From the NCBI GenBank assembly GCA_964354855.1, contig CAYHBO010000005.1, forward strand, positions 1,514 through 61,128: a DNA stretch of 59,615 nt, in the 5' to 3' direction. The notes beneath the pieces were generated by a model. The model was given only the letters and a program-made list of their open reading frames with translations. It was not told the origin of the DNA and searched no databases. Made by a program: the position numbers and the translations under genes. The stretch is from an uncultured Pseudomonadota bacterium. Its GTDB lineage: Bacteria; Babelota; Babeliae; Babelales; RVW-14. Shown piece by piece: positions 1 to 9,697 of the stretch (its first letter is position 1; the number at the start of each line of letters is the position of its first letter).

Positions 1-402
1 AGGCTCTAAAATTTTTTTTAATATTGTCAGTGGGTCAGAAGCTGGCCAATCATTGATTGCTCGGTGCAAGGAGGTGTTTCCTGCGGTATCCTGTTGAGAT
101 AGATTAATTGATTCGGTTGGTGTGTTTTTGTCATCGTTTTCTGATTCAGATACGATTGTTACGTCTGGTTGAGGAGTGCTTGTCGGAGCAGGAGCAGTTG
201 GTAGTGATAGAGAGTCACTTAGTCTTTCAAGCTCTGTGTGTAGGGTTGTGATGTTATTTGTTACGGCTTGAAGATCTTGCTGTAGTTTTTGAAGTTGTGT
301 TTTTACTTGGTTTTCAGTTCTATGCTTTTTCTTTGGAGCACCGTTCAGCTGGAAACTTGTTCCGAGTGTGATAATAAAAAATACGAGCGTAGATTTTTTC
401 AT
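1..402 (-). CDS. Secreted ankyrin-repeat protein, N-terminal part (runs off window start)
   Basis: Hand-translated open frame from ATG at 402 with GGAG upstream: MKKSTLVFFIITLGTSFQLNGAPKKKHR..., then a coiled coil, a P/T-rich linker and QDTAGNTSLHRAI (ankyrin start). Not in the ORF track. Confidence 0.7.
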   Translation of the reverse strand, partial: MKKSTLVFFIITLGTSFQLNGAPKKKHRTENQVKTQLQKLQQDLQAVTNNITTLHTELERLSDSLSLPTAPAPTSTPQPDVTIVSESENDDKNTPTESINLSQQDTAGNTSLHRAINDWPASDPLTILKKILEP

Positions 403-506
403 GATTGGGCTCCAATAAGATAAAATTTAAAAAATGAGTTATATAAATTTTATTTTATTGGAGACCAATTCAATGAGTCAATGAAATAAACGAAACGCTT
501 GCTTGT

Positions 507-1406
507 TCAAGCTGTGTTTGCAAGTAGCTCCAGTATTTTTGCAGCTTCTTCATGTCTCTTAGCAGCTCCTCTAGTTCGGTGTTTATGATTTCTTTTATGA
601 TGATCGCGTTTTGTTGAATCAAATATTTCTTGTACAAAGTCTTTTGGCGTAAGACCGTCAGGAGTCAGTGCATTAACGTCAGCGCCAGCTTTAATGAGTT
701 TTTCTATCAGTTTAGTATCAAGGTGCTCAGTTAGAATTGCTGTATGAAGAGGGGTAAACCCAAAGATATCTATAGAGTTAACGTTTATATTTGCTTCATG
801 GATTAATATATCAAAAATATCTAGATACTGTTGTTTCAAAGGGCTTAGATAAGGAGCATTAGCAAGATAAAAGACTATTTGATGAAGGATGGTTTGGTTA
901 TCTTTATTCTTTGTTTCAACGTCAGCGCCTTGTCTTATAAGATCTATCATGATTTCTTTAATGTCTGATGAGTTGGTTCCCAGATGGAGAGCATCTAAAG
1001 TAAACGGGATAGGGGTAAGTGGGGTGTTGTGGTCAAAAGCTTTAGTTGCGTAGTGCTCAAGAGCAGGGCATGTGTCATTCCAGAGGCCAACGGTAGCAAA
1101 TAAACTAAGCCAGTCTGTTGGTGTGAAATTGGTTAAAGCTTCGGTCCCGTTTTCTATGAGAGTAGAGCAGTTTTCTTGTAACATTTTCAGTGCTTTTTGT
1201 TGCTCTTTAGGAGGCATTATTGCAAGAAGAGATGTAAGAGCATAATATACTGCGGTTCCTACTGCTATGACTCCAAAAGCTTTTGTGCTCCAGTACAAAT
1301 ATTCTTTAGGTTGGCGTAGAATTTTTTTCATAGCATTAGCAGGTGTTATGAAACAGATGTTTAAAGACAATAAGAAAGGTAAGATCTTTAGATTTTTTGT
1401 TATCAT
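507..1406 (-). CDS. Secreted ankyrin-repeat protein
   Basis: Ankyrin motifs GADVETKNKDNQTILH, NVNSIDIFGFTPLHTAI, GADVNALTPDGLTP; signal peptide; GGAG RBS. Confidence 0.85.
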   Translation of the reverse strand: MITKNLKILPFLLSLNICFITPANAMKKILRQPKEYLYWSTKAFGVIAVGTAVYYALTSLLAIMPPKEQQKALKMLQENCSTLIENGTEALTNFTPTDWLSLFATVGLWNDTCPALEHYATKAFDHNTPLTPIPFTLDALHLGTNSSDIKEIMIDLIRQGADVETKNKDNQTILHQIVFYLANAPYLSPLKQQYLDIFDILIHEANINVNSIDIFGFTPLHTAILTEHLDTKLIEKLIKAGADVNALTPDGLTPKDFVQEIFDSTKRDHHKRNHKHRTRGAAKRHEEAAKILELLANTA

Positions 1407-1509
1407 GAGTTACTCCAGAATAAACGAGCGATAGTTATAGCCTCATTGGCCGATGCTCTGGAGTTTAAGTGAAGTTATTTTTGATATCAAGAGTCTTTAG
1501 GACAAATAG

Positions 1510-1547
1510 AAAAAGGACCAAGATTTGAAACTTGATCCCTTTTTTTA
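1510..1547 (-). terminator. Rho-independent terminator after macrodomain gene
   Basis: Minus-strand stem GGATCAAG/CTTGGTCC followed by a T-run. Confidence 0.55.
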
Positions 1548-1565
1548 ATTTTGCTTATTGATGGG

Positions 1566-2666
1566 TTATTTCTTCCCGGCTAATTTGAATACCATAGGGG
1601 GGTTAGAGCATGAACTCTTAGTGAGAGCTGTCCAGCGAGCAGCATCGATTGTTTTAAGATCGGTGACTTTTTCAAGGATGCCATTTTTGCAATGTTCTTC
1701 TAACGCTTGTATGTAGGTTGGATAACCTTTTGAAGGTTTAGTTTGATCAAAATCAACAAAGCGAACTTCTTCAAGATTTGATTTAGGGTGATGAGCGAGG
1801 TAATTTAATGTTGTTGCTATGGCAACCGGAGTAGCTTTCTTGATATCATATCCAAATATACCGGTGCTAATTGGAGGGATTGCGATGGTGGTAAGGCCAT
1901 TCCAAGGCTTATCAGTACTACTTACTGGAAGACTTTTTTGAAACTCTAAGCCATTTTTAACTTTACCGTGTTGAGTATCAAGATCAGCACAAGAGAGTGT
2001 TTCTTTGTAGGTAGTAGTTAATTTCTCAGGATACTCTCCCATTGGTCCAACCGCATGAATAATGTACCCGACATTTTTTTCTAAATCCTGGGCATGCGTT
2101 ATGACGGCGCCAACTTCAGGGATATAGTTTTTTACTTTGTTTTTTTTATTGGCTTTTTCGAGATGGCCTTGCCCTGCTACTGCATGAATAGCGCCATCAA
2201 TGCCACTACCACCAGCTAGACCGGTGTTTGCAGCGTTGGTAATTGCTGAAGTTGTAGGGTCTTTGAATTGTTGTTGAACCATATCTCCTTCAACAACGGT
2301 TATGAAGACGTCATGTTCGCGAGGATTTTTGTTGAATGTTTCTATTAACTCTTGGGGACTTTTTGTGGGGGAGCTAGAGGCAGGGGTGTTACTTGTGGTA
2401 TCTGCTTTTTTGTTAAATTTTTCTAGAAGCCCATACGACAAACAAAACATTGTAAGTCCTGTTAGTGCACCATAGAGAACCGGTTTTGTCCACTTACTTT
2501 CTGTCTCTGTAGGTTCAGTTTTATTGTAGGTGTAAAATCCAACTCCAAGAGCTACGGTAAGACCAGCTAATCCAGATATTATCTTATGATTTGAGCTATG
2601 TATTTTTTGTCCAAAAAGTAAAACACATATAATGAGCCCTAGAGTTTTTATATTTTTTCTTATCAT
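1566..2666 (-). CDS. Macro-domain (ADP-ribose binding/hydrolase) protein with N-terminal signal and hydrophobic segments
   Basis: Macro motifs VEGDM, ITNAAN..LAGGSGIDGAIH, IIHAVGP, IAIPPISTGIFGY. Confidence 0.85.
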   Translation of the reverse strand: MIRKNIKTLGLIICVLLFGQKIHSSNHKIISGLAGLTVALGVGFYTYNKTEPTETESKWTKPVLYGALTGLTMFCLSYGLLEKFNKKADTTSNTPASSSPTKSPQELIETFNKNPREHDVFITVVEGDMVQQQFKDPTTSAITNAANTGLAGGSGIDGAIHAVAGQGHLEKANKKNKVKNYIPEVGAVITHAQDLEKNVGYIIHAVGPMGEYPEKLTTTYKETLSCADLDTQHGKVKNGLEFQKSLPVSSTDKPWNGLTTIAIPPISTGIFGYDIKKATPVAIATTLNYLAHHPKSNLEEVRFVDFDQTKPSKGYPTYIQALEEHCKNGILEKVTDLKTIDAARWTALTKSSCSNPPMVFKLAGKK

Positions 2667-2777
2667 GATCTACTTTCGTTTTTTTGATGGAGTCAATGTT
2701 TTTACTTATCATGAGTATGAGTAAATATAAGAAAGAAGCTAAAGGGTCAGGGTTTTTTAAAATTTCAGATTGAATTT

Positions 2778-3311
2778 TTATCGCCAGACGAGTCTGCTGC
2801 GTTGTGGGCAGTATGGGCAGTAGCGATATTCTGATCGAGGACTAAATCCTTCATGGCAGTAGTCACAAAATTTTTCATAAACCAACACATCGCCACAATC
2901 ACCACAGCGACGTGCGCCGCTAATATTTACTGTTTTATAGCAGGTTGAGCACCAATTGCCAGTATGGCGTGGTGCAGGTGTTGTGTGAACGACGACAACT
3001 GATTTTGGCTTGCTGCGTTCATAGGCAAGTTGTTGTTCCTTTGAATGACGTTCAGCTCTTTCGTCTGCTACCTCTCCATCTGCATCACGGCCCATTTCGC
3101 TACCGAGTATGCCACCTAATGCTGCGCCTACTAATGTTCCAAAGCCTTTACTCTTCCCACCGGTAATAATGTTTCCAAGAGCGCCACCTGCTACAGCGCC
3201 GACAGCGCCACTGCGAGCTTCATGTTTACCACAGCCGGTAAATATGGTTAATAGTGGGATAAGGGAGAGAAGAAGGAGGGTGAGCGGCTTTTTTACGTTA
3301 GCTTGTATCAT
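2778..3311 (-). CDS. Glycine-zipper lipoprotein with C-terminal Cys-rich zinc-ribbon region
   Basis: Lipobox-like IFTGC; GAVGAVAGGALG/GAALGGILG zipper; four CxxC pairs. Confidence 0.7.
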   Translation of the reverse strand: MIQANVKKPLTLLLLSLIPLLTIFTGCGKHEARSGAVGAVAGGALGNIITGGKSKGFGTLVGAALGGILGSEMGRDADGEVADERAERHSKEQQLAYERSKPKSVVVVHTTPAPRHTGNWCSTCYKTVNISGARRCGDCGDVLVYEKFCDYCHEGFSPRSEYRYCPYCPQRSRLVWR

Positions 3312-3339
3312 TTATGTAGAGCCTTTGTCTTAAGTTCAA

Positions 3340-4137
3340 TTAAATTTTTTCAAATACCGTGTTGTTAATCCACCCCAGTTTGCCTTTGAATGAAACTTTA
3401 TAGTAAGGGTCAGTTACCTTCTTGATGGTTCCTTCATCCCCTTCGTGAACCGTCATGATGGATTGAAAGGTTTCTCCCGGTCCTGATCGTACCATTGCTT
3501 TAGGAGTAATAACGATGCCCTTCTGTGTCATACGTAAGCCGTATTTTACTGCGAGCATGAAACCAAAAATGCAGAGTAACAATAACAACGGTATCGTAGC
3601 AAACTTAAGCTTTTTGGCAACAGGCCAACGTTTTATAAGAAAAATAGAAATCCATGCTATTAGAAATAATAATTGTAAATAGAGGAGTTGGATGCTTTGT
3701 ACGATCGAAAGAACGGTGATCTTGCAGTATTGCGATAGCGCAATAATAAAGGATCGTGTTTCTTCTTTTTTGTCATTATGTTCATTAAGACGTTTTTTTA
3801 CTTCACTTATGTTATGGGTAAGTTCGGCTCTATTGAATAATCCCCAATTTGTCTCTGCTTTGCGCCAATAAAGAAGGGCATAGCCTAGTTTATTTAACTT
3901 ATAGGCACAATTGCCAAGATTGTAGTGTACGTGAGCACTTTTTTTTGGAATCTGCTTATAGCATTCGTATGCTTTTTCATAATTTCCTGCTTTATATAGC
4001 TCATTAGCCTGTAGAAATAATTCCTGAGGAGGCGTAGTGTTGAGCGGATCATTTGTGGTACAAAAAGCTATAATGGTCGTCAGTAAGAAAAATTTATAAT
4101 TCATGGGTACAACCTTTTTTGTTATGGGCATCTTCAT
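3340..4137 (-). CDS. batE: BatE-like TPR + SH3b protein
   Basis: TPR (ANELYKAGNYEKA, HYNLGNCAYK), TM segment, C-terminal SH3b (VRSGPGE..GWI); last gene of the Bat cluster. Confidence 0.7.
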   Translation of the reverse strand: MKMPITKKVVPMNYKFFLLTTIIAFCTTNDPLNTTPPQELFLQANELYKAGNYEKAYECYKQIPKKSAHVHYNLGNCAYKLNKLGYALLYWRKAETNWGLFNRAELTHNISEVKKRLNEHNDKKEETRSFIIALSQYCKITVLSIVQSIQLLYLQLLFLIAWISIFLIKRWPVAKKLKFATIPLLLLLCIFGFMLAVKYGLRMTQKGIVITPKAMVRSGPGETFQSIMTVHEGDEGTIKKVTDPYYKVSFKGKLGWINNTVFEKI

Positions 4138-5964
4138 TTACTGAGAGAGAATGAGCATCCAGTGGGCTGCTTTTTCTAATAAGACGGATTGTTCTTTGTT
4201 ATGTGTTGCAACAAAATGGAGGCTTGCGCATTCATTTAAAAAATCAATCAAATTTGTGGCCTTGCTGATTTCCCATCCCTTTTGGGGAAGATTTTCACTC
4301 ATCCATTGTTCAGTTACTTCTGTAGCTTCAATATTATTTTTGAAAGCAATAAGCGAGACAAAGAAATGGTAGAGCTGTTGTATATCTTTTTTTTGTAAGA
4401 GGGAATCAAAATCCTGCTTAAACTTTTGTGTCATTTTTTTGTTAGTGTGGTTTGAAAGGAGCTTTGCTGGGATGAGTGATTTAAGTTTTCCTCCGGACAT
4501 GTCGCCAACAAGAAATAATGGGATAAACAAAAGAAGTATGAAAATATACCATGGCACTTCAAAGATGCTTTGCTTAATCGGGTTACCTTCTTCTTCAATG
4601 AAAGAAATCTCATGATTTTTTTCGATTGGAAGATCTTTGGGCCCTGATGGTTCGTTGTGATGAGCGCTTGCTGGGGTGTTGAGCGTTGGTTGTGGGGTTT
4701 CGCGTTGCTTAATGGTGAGTATGAGGGGTTCTGTAATAAGTGTTCTATAGATTTTTAATTCGGTGTCAAAGTAGGTAAATTTCTGAGGAGTAATTGTAAT
4801 ATTGCCGGTTATCGAAGGTTGTAGAATAAATTCAAAAATCTTGGTGCTTCCGGTGTATTCATTGGTCAGATCTTCGATAACGTTTGTTTTAGATTTATAA
4901 AATTTTATTCCTGATGGTAGTATTAATTTTGGGTCAGCAATTTGATCGAAGTTTCCTTTTCCTGAGAGTTCAACTTTAAGAACGACTGGATCATTGACGG
5001 TAACTTCAAGTTTTTCTAGTTGAGCTGTATAGCTTTTAAAGGTGCCAATGCCGTCTACCGTGCCCTGATGGCGTGGAATTTCTTTTACCAATAATGAAAT
5101 GGGATTTGATGAGGTGCTAAATTCTTTAACGCGTGAGCCTCCAAAAAAATCGGCAAAAAAATCATCTGCAAAAGAACCCGATCTTTTTTGCTTTGCCTGT
5201 TGTACTTGTGCCGCATAAGCAACTTTTATAGGTTCTATTTTTTTCTCTCCCGGTTGCTTAGCGATAAGAATGTATTTTTTTTGTATGAGCCCATAATCGA
5301 TACCGTTACGTTTCACTGATGCTCCATGAACTTGTCCAATTTCTTTGATCCAAAATCCAGGAAATTTAGGTTGTTCTATCCCGGTTTGTAAAATATTGCC
5401 ATTGCTATAAATATTTAAGGAGAGATCAAATGGTTCGCCAACAAAAACTTGTTTTTTGCTTACATTAAGCTCACAAAATAAGGAGGCTTCTTCTGGTTTA
5501 TGTTCCTGTTGGAATGAACCTTCTTGAGGAGTCGGTTTGGCCGGTGGGGCATCATTTGTAATTTTTATGTGGATGACGTTTGATTCAATAGATCGGTCAT
5601 TTTTTTTTATGATAGCTGGGCCAATGGTTACCGTGCCTGTGTGATCAGGTTGTACTTCATAGGTGTAGGTTGTATTAGAAGAATAACTACCATTATTTAA
5701 GGAAAAACTTGAAGATTGACTGCTGCCAATAATCCGCAATTCTTTGAGGCCTTTAATTTCTGTCAAACCGGTATCTCGATTGCCATTGATAACATTAACT
5801 TTAATTTGAAAAGGGGTTCCCTTATACGCTATAAAATATCCTTGTGGATCTTGTGTTAGGTTTACAATTTCCATGACTACTTGAGGATCATTGGCGTTAA
5901 GAAAAGATCCAAAAAATAAAGAAACGACCGTTATAATCGATAATAATTTTTTTATTCTTTTCAT
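4138..5964 (-). CDS. batD: BatD-like oxygen-tolerance protein
   Basis: Signal peptide, repeated Ig-like BatD segments (TVTIGPA, VFVGEPF, G.GNFD.I..P, ITPQKFTYFD), C-terminal TM; operon position. Confidence 0.75.
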   Translation of the reverse strand: MKRIKKLLSIITVVSLFFGSFLNANDPQVVMEIVNLTQDPQGYFIAYKGTPFQIKVNVINGNRDTGLTEIKGLKELRIIGSSQSSSFSLNNGSYSSNTTYTYEVQPDHTGTVTIGPAIIKKNDRSIESNVIHIKITNDAPPAKPTPQEGSFQQEHKPEEASLFCELNVSKKQVFVGEPFDLSLNIYSNGNILQTGIEQPKFPGFWIKEIGQVHGASVKRNGIDYGLIQKKYILIAKQPGEKKIEPIKVAYAAQVQQAKQKRSGSFADDFFADFFGGSRVKEFSTSSNPISLLVKEIPRHQGTVDGIGTFKSYTAQLEKLEVTVNDPVVLKVELSGKGNFDQIADPKLILPSGIKFYKSKTNVIEDLTNEYTGSTKIFEFILQPSITGNITITPQKFTYFDTELKIYRTLITEPLILTIKQRETPQPTLNTPASAHHNEPSGPKDLPIEKNHEISFIEEEGNPIKQSIFEVPWYIFILLLFIPLFLVGDMSGGKLKSLIPAKLLSNHTNKKMTQKFKQDFDSLLQKKDIQQLYHFFVSLIAFKNNIEATEVTEQWMSENLPQKGWEISKATNLIDFLNECASLHFVATHNKEQSVLLEKAAHWMLILSQ

Positions 5965-5968
5965 ATTG

Positions 5969-6925
5969 TTACCAAGCTTTTTGATTGTTTTGAGATTTTC
6001 CAGCTTGCTTAAGTTGAGATTTTAAATGTTCTTTTTGGGTATCTTTTTCTTGCTGATCTAAGGTCTCGAGGAGTGCACTCATTTCGCGCATTTCACGATC
6101 TTCTACTGGAGCCTCTTCTTGTTGAGGGCTAGCTTCAGCTTGTTGTTCTTGATGTTGTCCTTGTTCTTCTTTGGCGGGCTTTTCTTCTTCTTTGGGTTTT
6201 TCTTCTTTTTTGCTATCGGCTTGTTCTTTTTTCTGTTCTTGCTTGTCTTTGTCGTTACCGGCTTGATCTTTTGAATCTTTATTTTCGTTTGATTTATCTT
6301 GTTTGCCATTTTGATCTTGGCTGTTCTTGTCTTGTTTATCTCCTTGTTCTTGTTTATCGTTGCCTTTTTGATCTTGATCTTTTTTATCTTGGTTTTGTTT
6401 GTCCTGTTTTCCTTGCTGCTGTTTTTTGAGTTTTTCTTCGAGTTTTTTGAGGAGTTCTTCGCTTGCTATAAGATTTGTTTTTCGGTCTTCTGCGTCTTTA
6501 TCTAAAACGAAATAGCTTTTGTAGTCGGCAATAGCTCCATTAATCTCGGTGATTGCTTTTAGTATAAGTTCTTCTTCAATGTCTTTTTTTTCCCAGCCGC
6601 TACTAAGCATGGTAAGACAGTTTTTGTATTCGCAATTACCGGCATTAAAATAGCTCCGCTTGATAAGCTCAACGTTCCCTTTGGCATGTTCCAGTGCGCG
6701 CTTAAAGTTTTCACGTGCTTGTTCGTATTTTTTTGCTCGGTATAAGGCAACGCCATAATTATAATTAATAAAAGGGTCTAGTGGTTTATCAACTTGTTTT
6801 TTTTGTAGCGTTGTTAAGTCGTCTTGATTTGATTTTGGTTTCTTGCTTCCCCACAGTGACCATGCAGATAATTGAGGAGAGCATAATGAGCTTGTAAATA
6901 ATAAAAATAATAAATGATACTTCAT
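5969..6925 (-). CDS. batC: BatC-like TPR protein with Q/D/K-rich linker
   Basis: TPR (YNYGVALYRAKKYEQA, YFNAGNCEY), low-complexity tail, ends in ..KAW like BatC; start taken at the MKYHLL ATG. Confidence 0.7.
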   Translation of the reverse strand: MKYHLLFLLFTSSLCSPQLSAWSLWGSKKPKSNQDDLTTLQKKQVDKPLDPFINYNYGVALYRAKKYEQARENFKRALEHAKGNVELIKRSYFNAGNCEYKNCLTMLSSGWEKKDIEEELILKAITEINGAIADYKSYFVLDKDAEDRKTNLIASEELLKKLEEKLKKQQQGKQDKQNQDKKDQDQKGNDKQEQGDKQDKNSQDQNGKQDKSNENKDSKDQAGNDKDKQEQKKEQADSKKEEKPKEEEKPAKEEQGQHQEQQAEASPQQEEAPVEDREMREMSALLETLDQQEKDTQKEHLKSQLKQAGKSQNNQKAW

Positions 6926-6927
6926 GA

Positions 6928-7920
6928 TTATAAAATCCATTCTAACGCGAGGAGTAGCCATGCTACTCCTAAAAACCAGTGATATTGTTCTTCGTATAAA
7001 GAAACTTTTTTATCTTTAAACCGTTCTTTTTCAAAGCCTTTTACAAGGTTTGCTAGTTGGTTAATGTCATTATCGTCATAGGAAGCAGATAAGTACGTGC
7101 CGTTTAACTGCTTACAGGTTTCTTGTAACAAAGGTTCATTAAGTTTAGTGAGTATAATTTCTCCCGAGCTTTCGGTTTCATGTCCTATACGTTTTCCTTC
7201 AAGGTCAAACTTAGGGACAGGAGCTCCTTCTTTGCTGCCAACGCCAAGAATAAATAAGGTCATGCCAAGTTCTTCAGCTTTTTTCCTTACGCTCGATAGG
7301 GTTGTTGAAAAGTCTTCACCATCGGTAATCAGGAGGGAGAGTTTATTTTTCCGTTCTTCGCTTGCTTCAAAGATTTCAATACCCTTGTTGAGGGCTGCAT
7401 CGATTGCTGTAGTTCCCGAGGGTATTGAATGGACATCAACTTGGTCAAGAAAAAGTAAGAATGCGGCACGGTCTGCGGTGAGAGGACATTGTAAAAATGC
7501 GGTTCCTGAGAAAAGGATAAGTCCAACACGATCAACGGGGAGCTGTTCTAGAAGATTTCGAATTTTTAATTTTGCAAAATCAAGTCTGGTTGGGCTGATG
7601 TCTTCAGCAAGCATGCTTCGTGAAACGTCGAGCATGATTAAAAGATCGCGGCCTTCTTGGATAACCGTCTCGTCATGTTTGCCCCATTGCGGTTGAATCC
7701 ATGCAATGAGAAGAAAAAAGAGACTTCCAAGAAGGAGTATCGTTTTAATAATTTGTTTGCGTGATGAAAAATAAGGGAATACGGAGGATTGCGTTGCCTT
7801 GTGCGTGATAAGCGTTATAGACCGTAAGATCTTAAAGCAATTTCTTAAGGCGATTAAGCCGATTATAATAAAAATAGGGGCAAAAATAATTCGATGTATT
7901 CCTGCGAAATGAATATCCAC
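6928..7920 (-). CDS. batB: BatB-like VWA domain protein
   Basis: MIDAS DVSRSM, RLDFAK, CPLTAD, LITDGED; GTG start at 7920 follows GGAGAGG and overlaps the batA stop. Confidence 0.8.
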   Translation of the reverse strand: MDIHFAGIHRIIFAPIFIIIGLIALRNCFKILRSITLITHKATQSSVFPYFSSRKQIIKTILLLGSLFFLLIAWIQPQWGKHDETVIQEGRDLLIMLDVSRSMLAEDISPTRLDFAKLKIRNLLEQLPVDRVGLILFSGTAFLQCPLTADRAAFLLFLDQVDVHSIPSGTTAIDAALNKGIEIFEASEERKNKLSLLITDGEDFSTTLSSVRKKAEELGMTLFILGVGSKEGAPVPKFDLEGKRIGHETESSGEIILTKLNEPLLQETCKQLNGTYLSASYDDNDINQLANLVKGFEKERFKDKKVSLYEEQYHWFLGVAWLLLALEWIL

Positions 7921-8915
7921 TATAAAATTCCTCTCCAAATAAAGAGCCGCAGAAAAAATTCTAAACCGATAAATAAAAGTAACATCCAGATGAAGCTGAG
8001 AAATAATTCATAATAATTTCTGAAAATGTTTGTTTCGTAAGAAGTTGTTTCTAAGGTATCAATTTTATCATAGATAGCACGCATGTCTTTTGGGTTATGT
8101 GCCTGAAAAAATTGGCCGCCGGTTTGGTGCGCTATTTTTTCAAGAAGTCCTTTGTTGAATAAGGGAGCTTGAGTTTGTTGTATTCCAAATATTGGGTGCT
8201 TAAAGAACGCATGTTTATCATTGCCGATGGCGATGGTATAAACTTTAATGCCAAATTTTTTGGCAAGATCAATAGCGGTTTCTGGGTCTATTTTTTCTTG
8301 AGGAGTTGGTTCTCCATCGGTGAGTAAAATAACGATCTTACTTTTTGCCTTAGATGTTTTTAAACGATTTACGGCTGTGGCTAATCCAGTTCCAAGAGAA
8401 GTTCCGCTTGGATCAATAATGCCAAGTTGCATGGCGCCAACGATTTCTTTGAGGAAATTTTTATCTAAGGTGAGTGGGCAGTAAGAGAGCGTATCTTTAG
8501 CAAAAATGACTAACCCGATAGGGTCATTGATTCTTCGTTCAATAAAGCGGATAGCCTCTTCTTTTGCTACTTGAAAACGTGTTCTGCGATCATTGAGATC
8601 ATCAATGAGCTGCATACTTCCAGAAACGTCAAGCGTAACGACAATATCTACCCCATCGACATTAACTACCGATTTTTCATCGACCATTTGTGGCCGAGCT
8701 ATAAGCAATGCTAACCCTGCAAGGCTGATGAGCCTGAGCATAAAAAAAAGTTGCTTATGGTAGGAACTTTTAAGTTGCCCCTGTTGCTTGAGAATTTCAG
8801 TGAGCGGGTAACGATAGCAGGGGGTCTTGTACCATCTTAAACGATAGATGACAATCCCTAAAAGCAGTGGGAGTAAACAATATAAAATCTCTACATAGGC
8901 AAATCGGAAAAACAT
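7920..8915 (-). CDS. batA: BatA-like VWA domain protein
   Basis: LARPQ-like segment, MIDAS DVSGSM, GTSLGTGLATAVNRL, ILLTDGE, KVYTIAIG. Confidence 0.85.
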   Translation of the reverse strand: MFFRFAYVEILYCLLPLLLGIVIYRLRWYKTPCYRYPLTEILKQQGQLKSSYHKQLFFMLRLISLAGLALLIARPQMVDEKSVVNVDGVDIVVTLDVSGSMQLIDDLNDRRTRFQVAKEEAIRFIERRINDPIGLVIFAKDTLSYCPLTLDKNFLKEIVGAMQLGIIDPSGTSLGTGLATAVNRLKTSKAKSKIVILLTDGEPTPQEKIDPETAIDLAKKFGIKVYTIAIGNDKHAFFKHPIFGIQQTQAPLFNKGLLEKIAHQTGGQFFQAHNPKDMRAIYDKIDTLETTSYETNIFRNYYELFLSFIWMLLLFIGLEFFLRLFIWRGIL

Positions 8916-8931
8916 ACTATTCCTTGTCCGT

Positions 8932-9693
8932 TTATTCTTCTGACGATGCTTGAAGCCTTTTAACCTCGTTTGACATCCATTCATGAGCTTGTGCTATAAA
9001 TGCTTCACGTGATTTTGATGGGTCAAAAAAGATTGGCTTCCCTATACTTATTTTAACCATAGATGCTGAAGAATCAATGAGAATACGTTGCTTGGGAAAA
9101 ATTTTATGTAAGCCATATATGGCTATGGGAATTATTGGTCGATTTAGTTTCTCGGCGAGTACGGCAAACCCGCTAAAAAAAGCGTGTACTTTCCCATCGT
9201 TATGCCGTGTGCCTTCGGGAAAGAGTACAAGGTGTCGGGCTTGATGGTTGGTAAGTTGATAGGCTTGTTTAATAACTGAAAGCATTTGAGTAGGAGAATT
9301 TCTTTTTACCAGGATACTCATGCGTTTAAGTAAGAAGCCAAACAAAGGGACTTTTGAATAATCGTTACTGATCCAGATGTGAGGTTGGCTTTTTAGATGC
9401 ATGACGACCAGCGGAATATCGAGTAGTGAGCTATGATTGATGACAATAATTGCCGGTTGTTCGGTTACAAGTGGAATATTTTCAAGCCCTTCAATGGAGG
9501 CAAGCGATGTAAAGGATGATTTGAAAAACCAGCGGCACCATAAGGTATTAACCCAAAAGAAAAATCTATTGTCATAACGCTTGTGTCCGGGGAGAAGGAC
9601 TACTGGAAGCAGAATAAAAGAAAACATAAGAGATATGGCAAGCCATGCGCTATAACTGATACTGGTTTTGGCTATTTGGATGCAACGACGCAT
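8932..9693 (-). CDS. plsC: 1-acyl-sn-glycerol-3-phosphate acyltransferase
   Basis: NHSSLLD (HxxxxD) and FPEGTR motifs. Confidence 0.85.
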   Translation of the reverse strand: MRRCIQIAKTSISYSAWLAISLMFSFILLPVVLLPGHKRYDNRFFFWVNTLWCRWFFKSSFTSLASIEGLENIPLVTEQPAIIVINHSSLLDIPLVVMHLKSQPHIWISNDYSKVPLFGFLLKRMSILVKRNSPTQMLSVIKQAYQLTNHQARHLVLFPEGTRHNDGKVHAFFSGFAVLAEKLNRPIIPIAIYGLHKIFPKQRILIDSSASMVKISIGKPIFFDPSKSREAFIAQAHEWMSNEVKRLQASSEE

Positions 9694-9697
9694 GATG

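Noticed and set aside
6103-6505. Alternative-frame and antisense ORFs within batC
   Set aside because: By-products of the low-complexity Q/K/E/D linker.
7097-7696. 199-aa antisense ORF over batB, and other short nested ORFs in the track
   Set aside because: Fully overlap well-supported genes and have no motifs or RBS.
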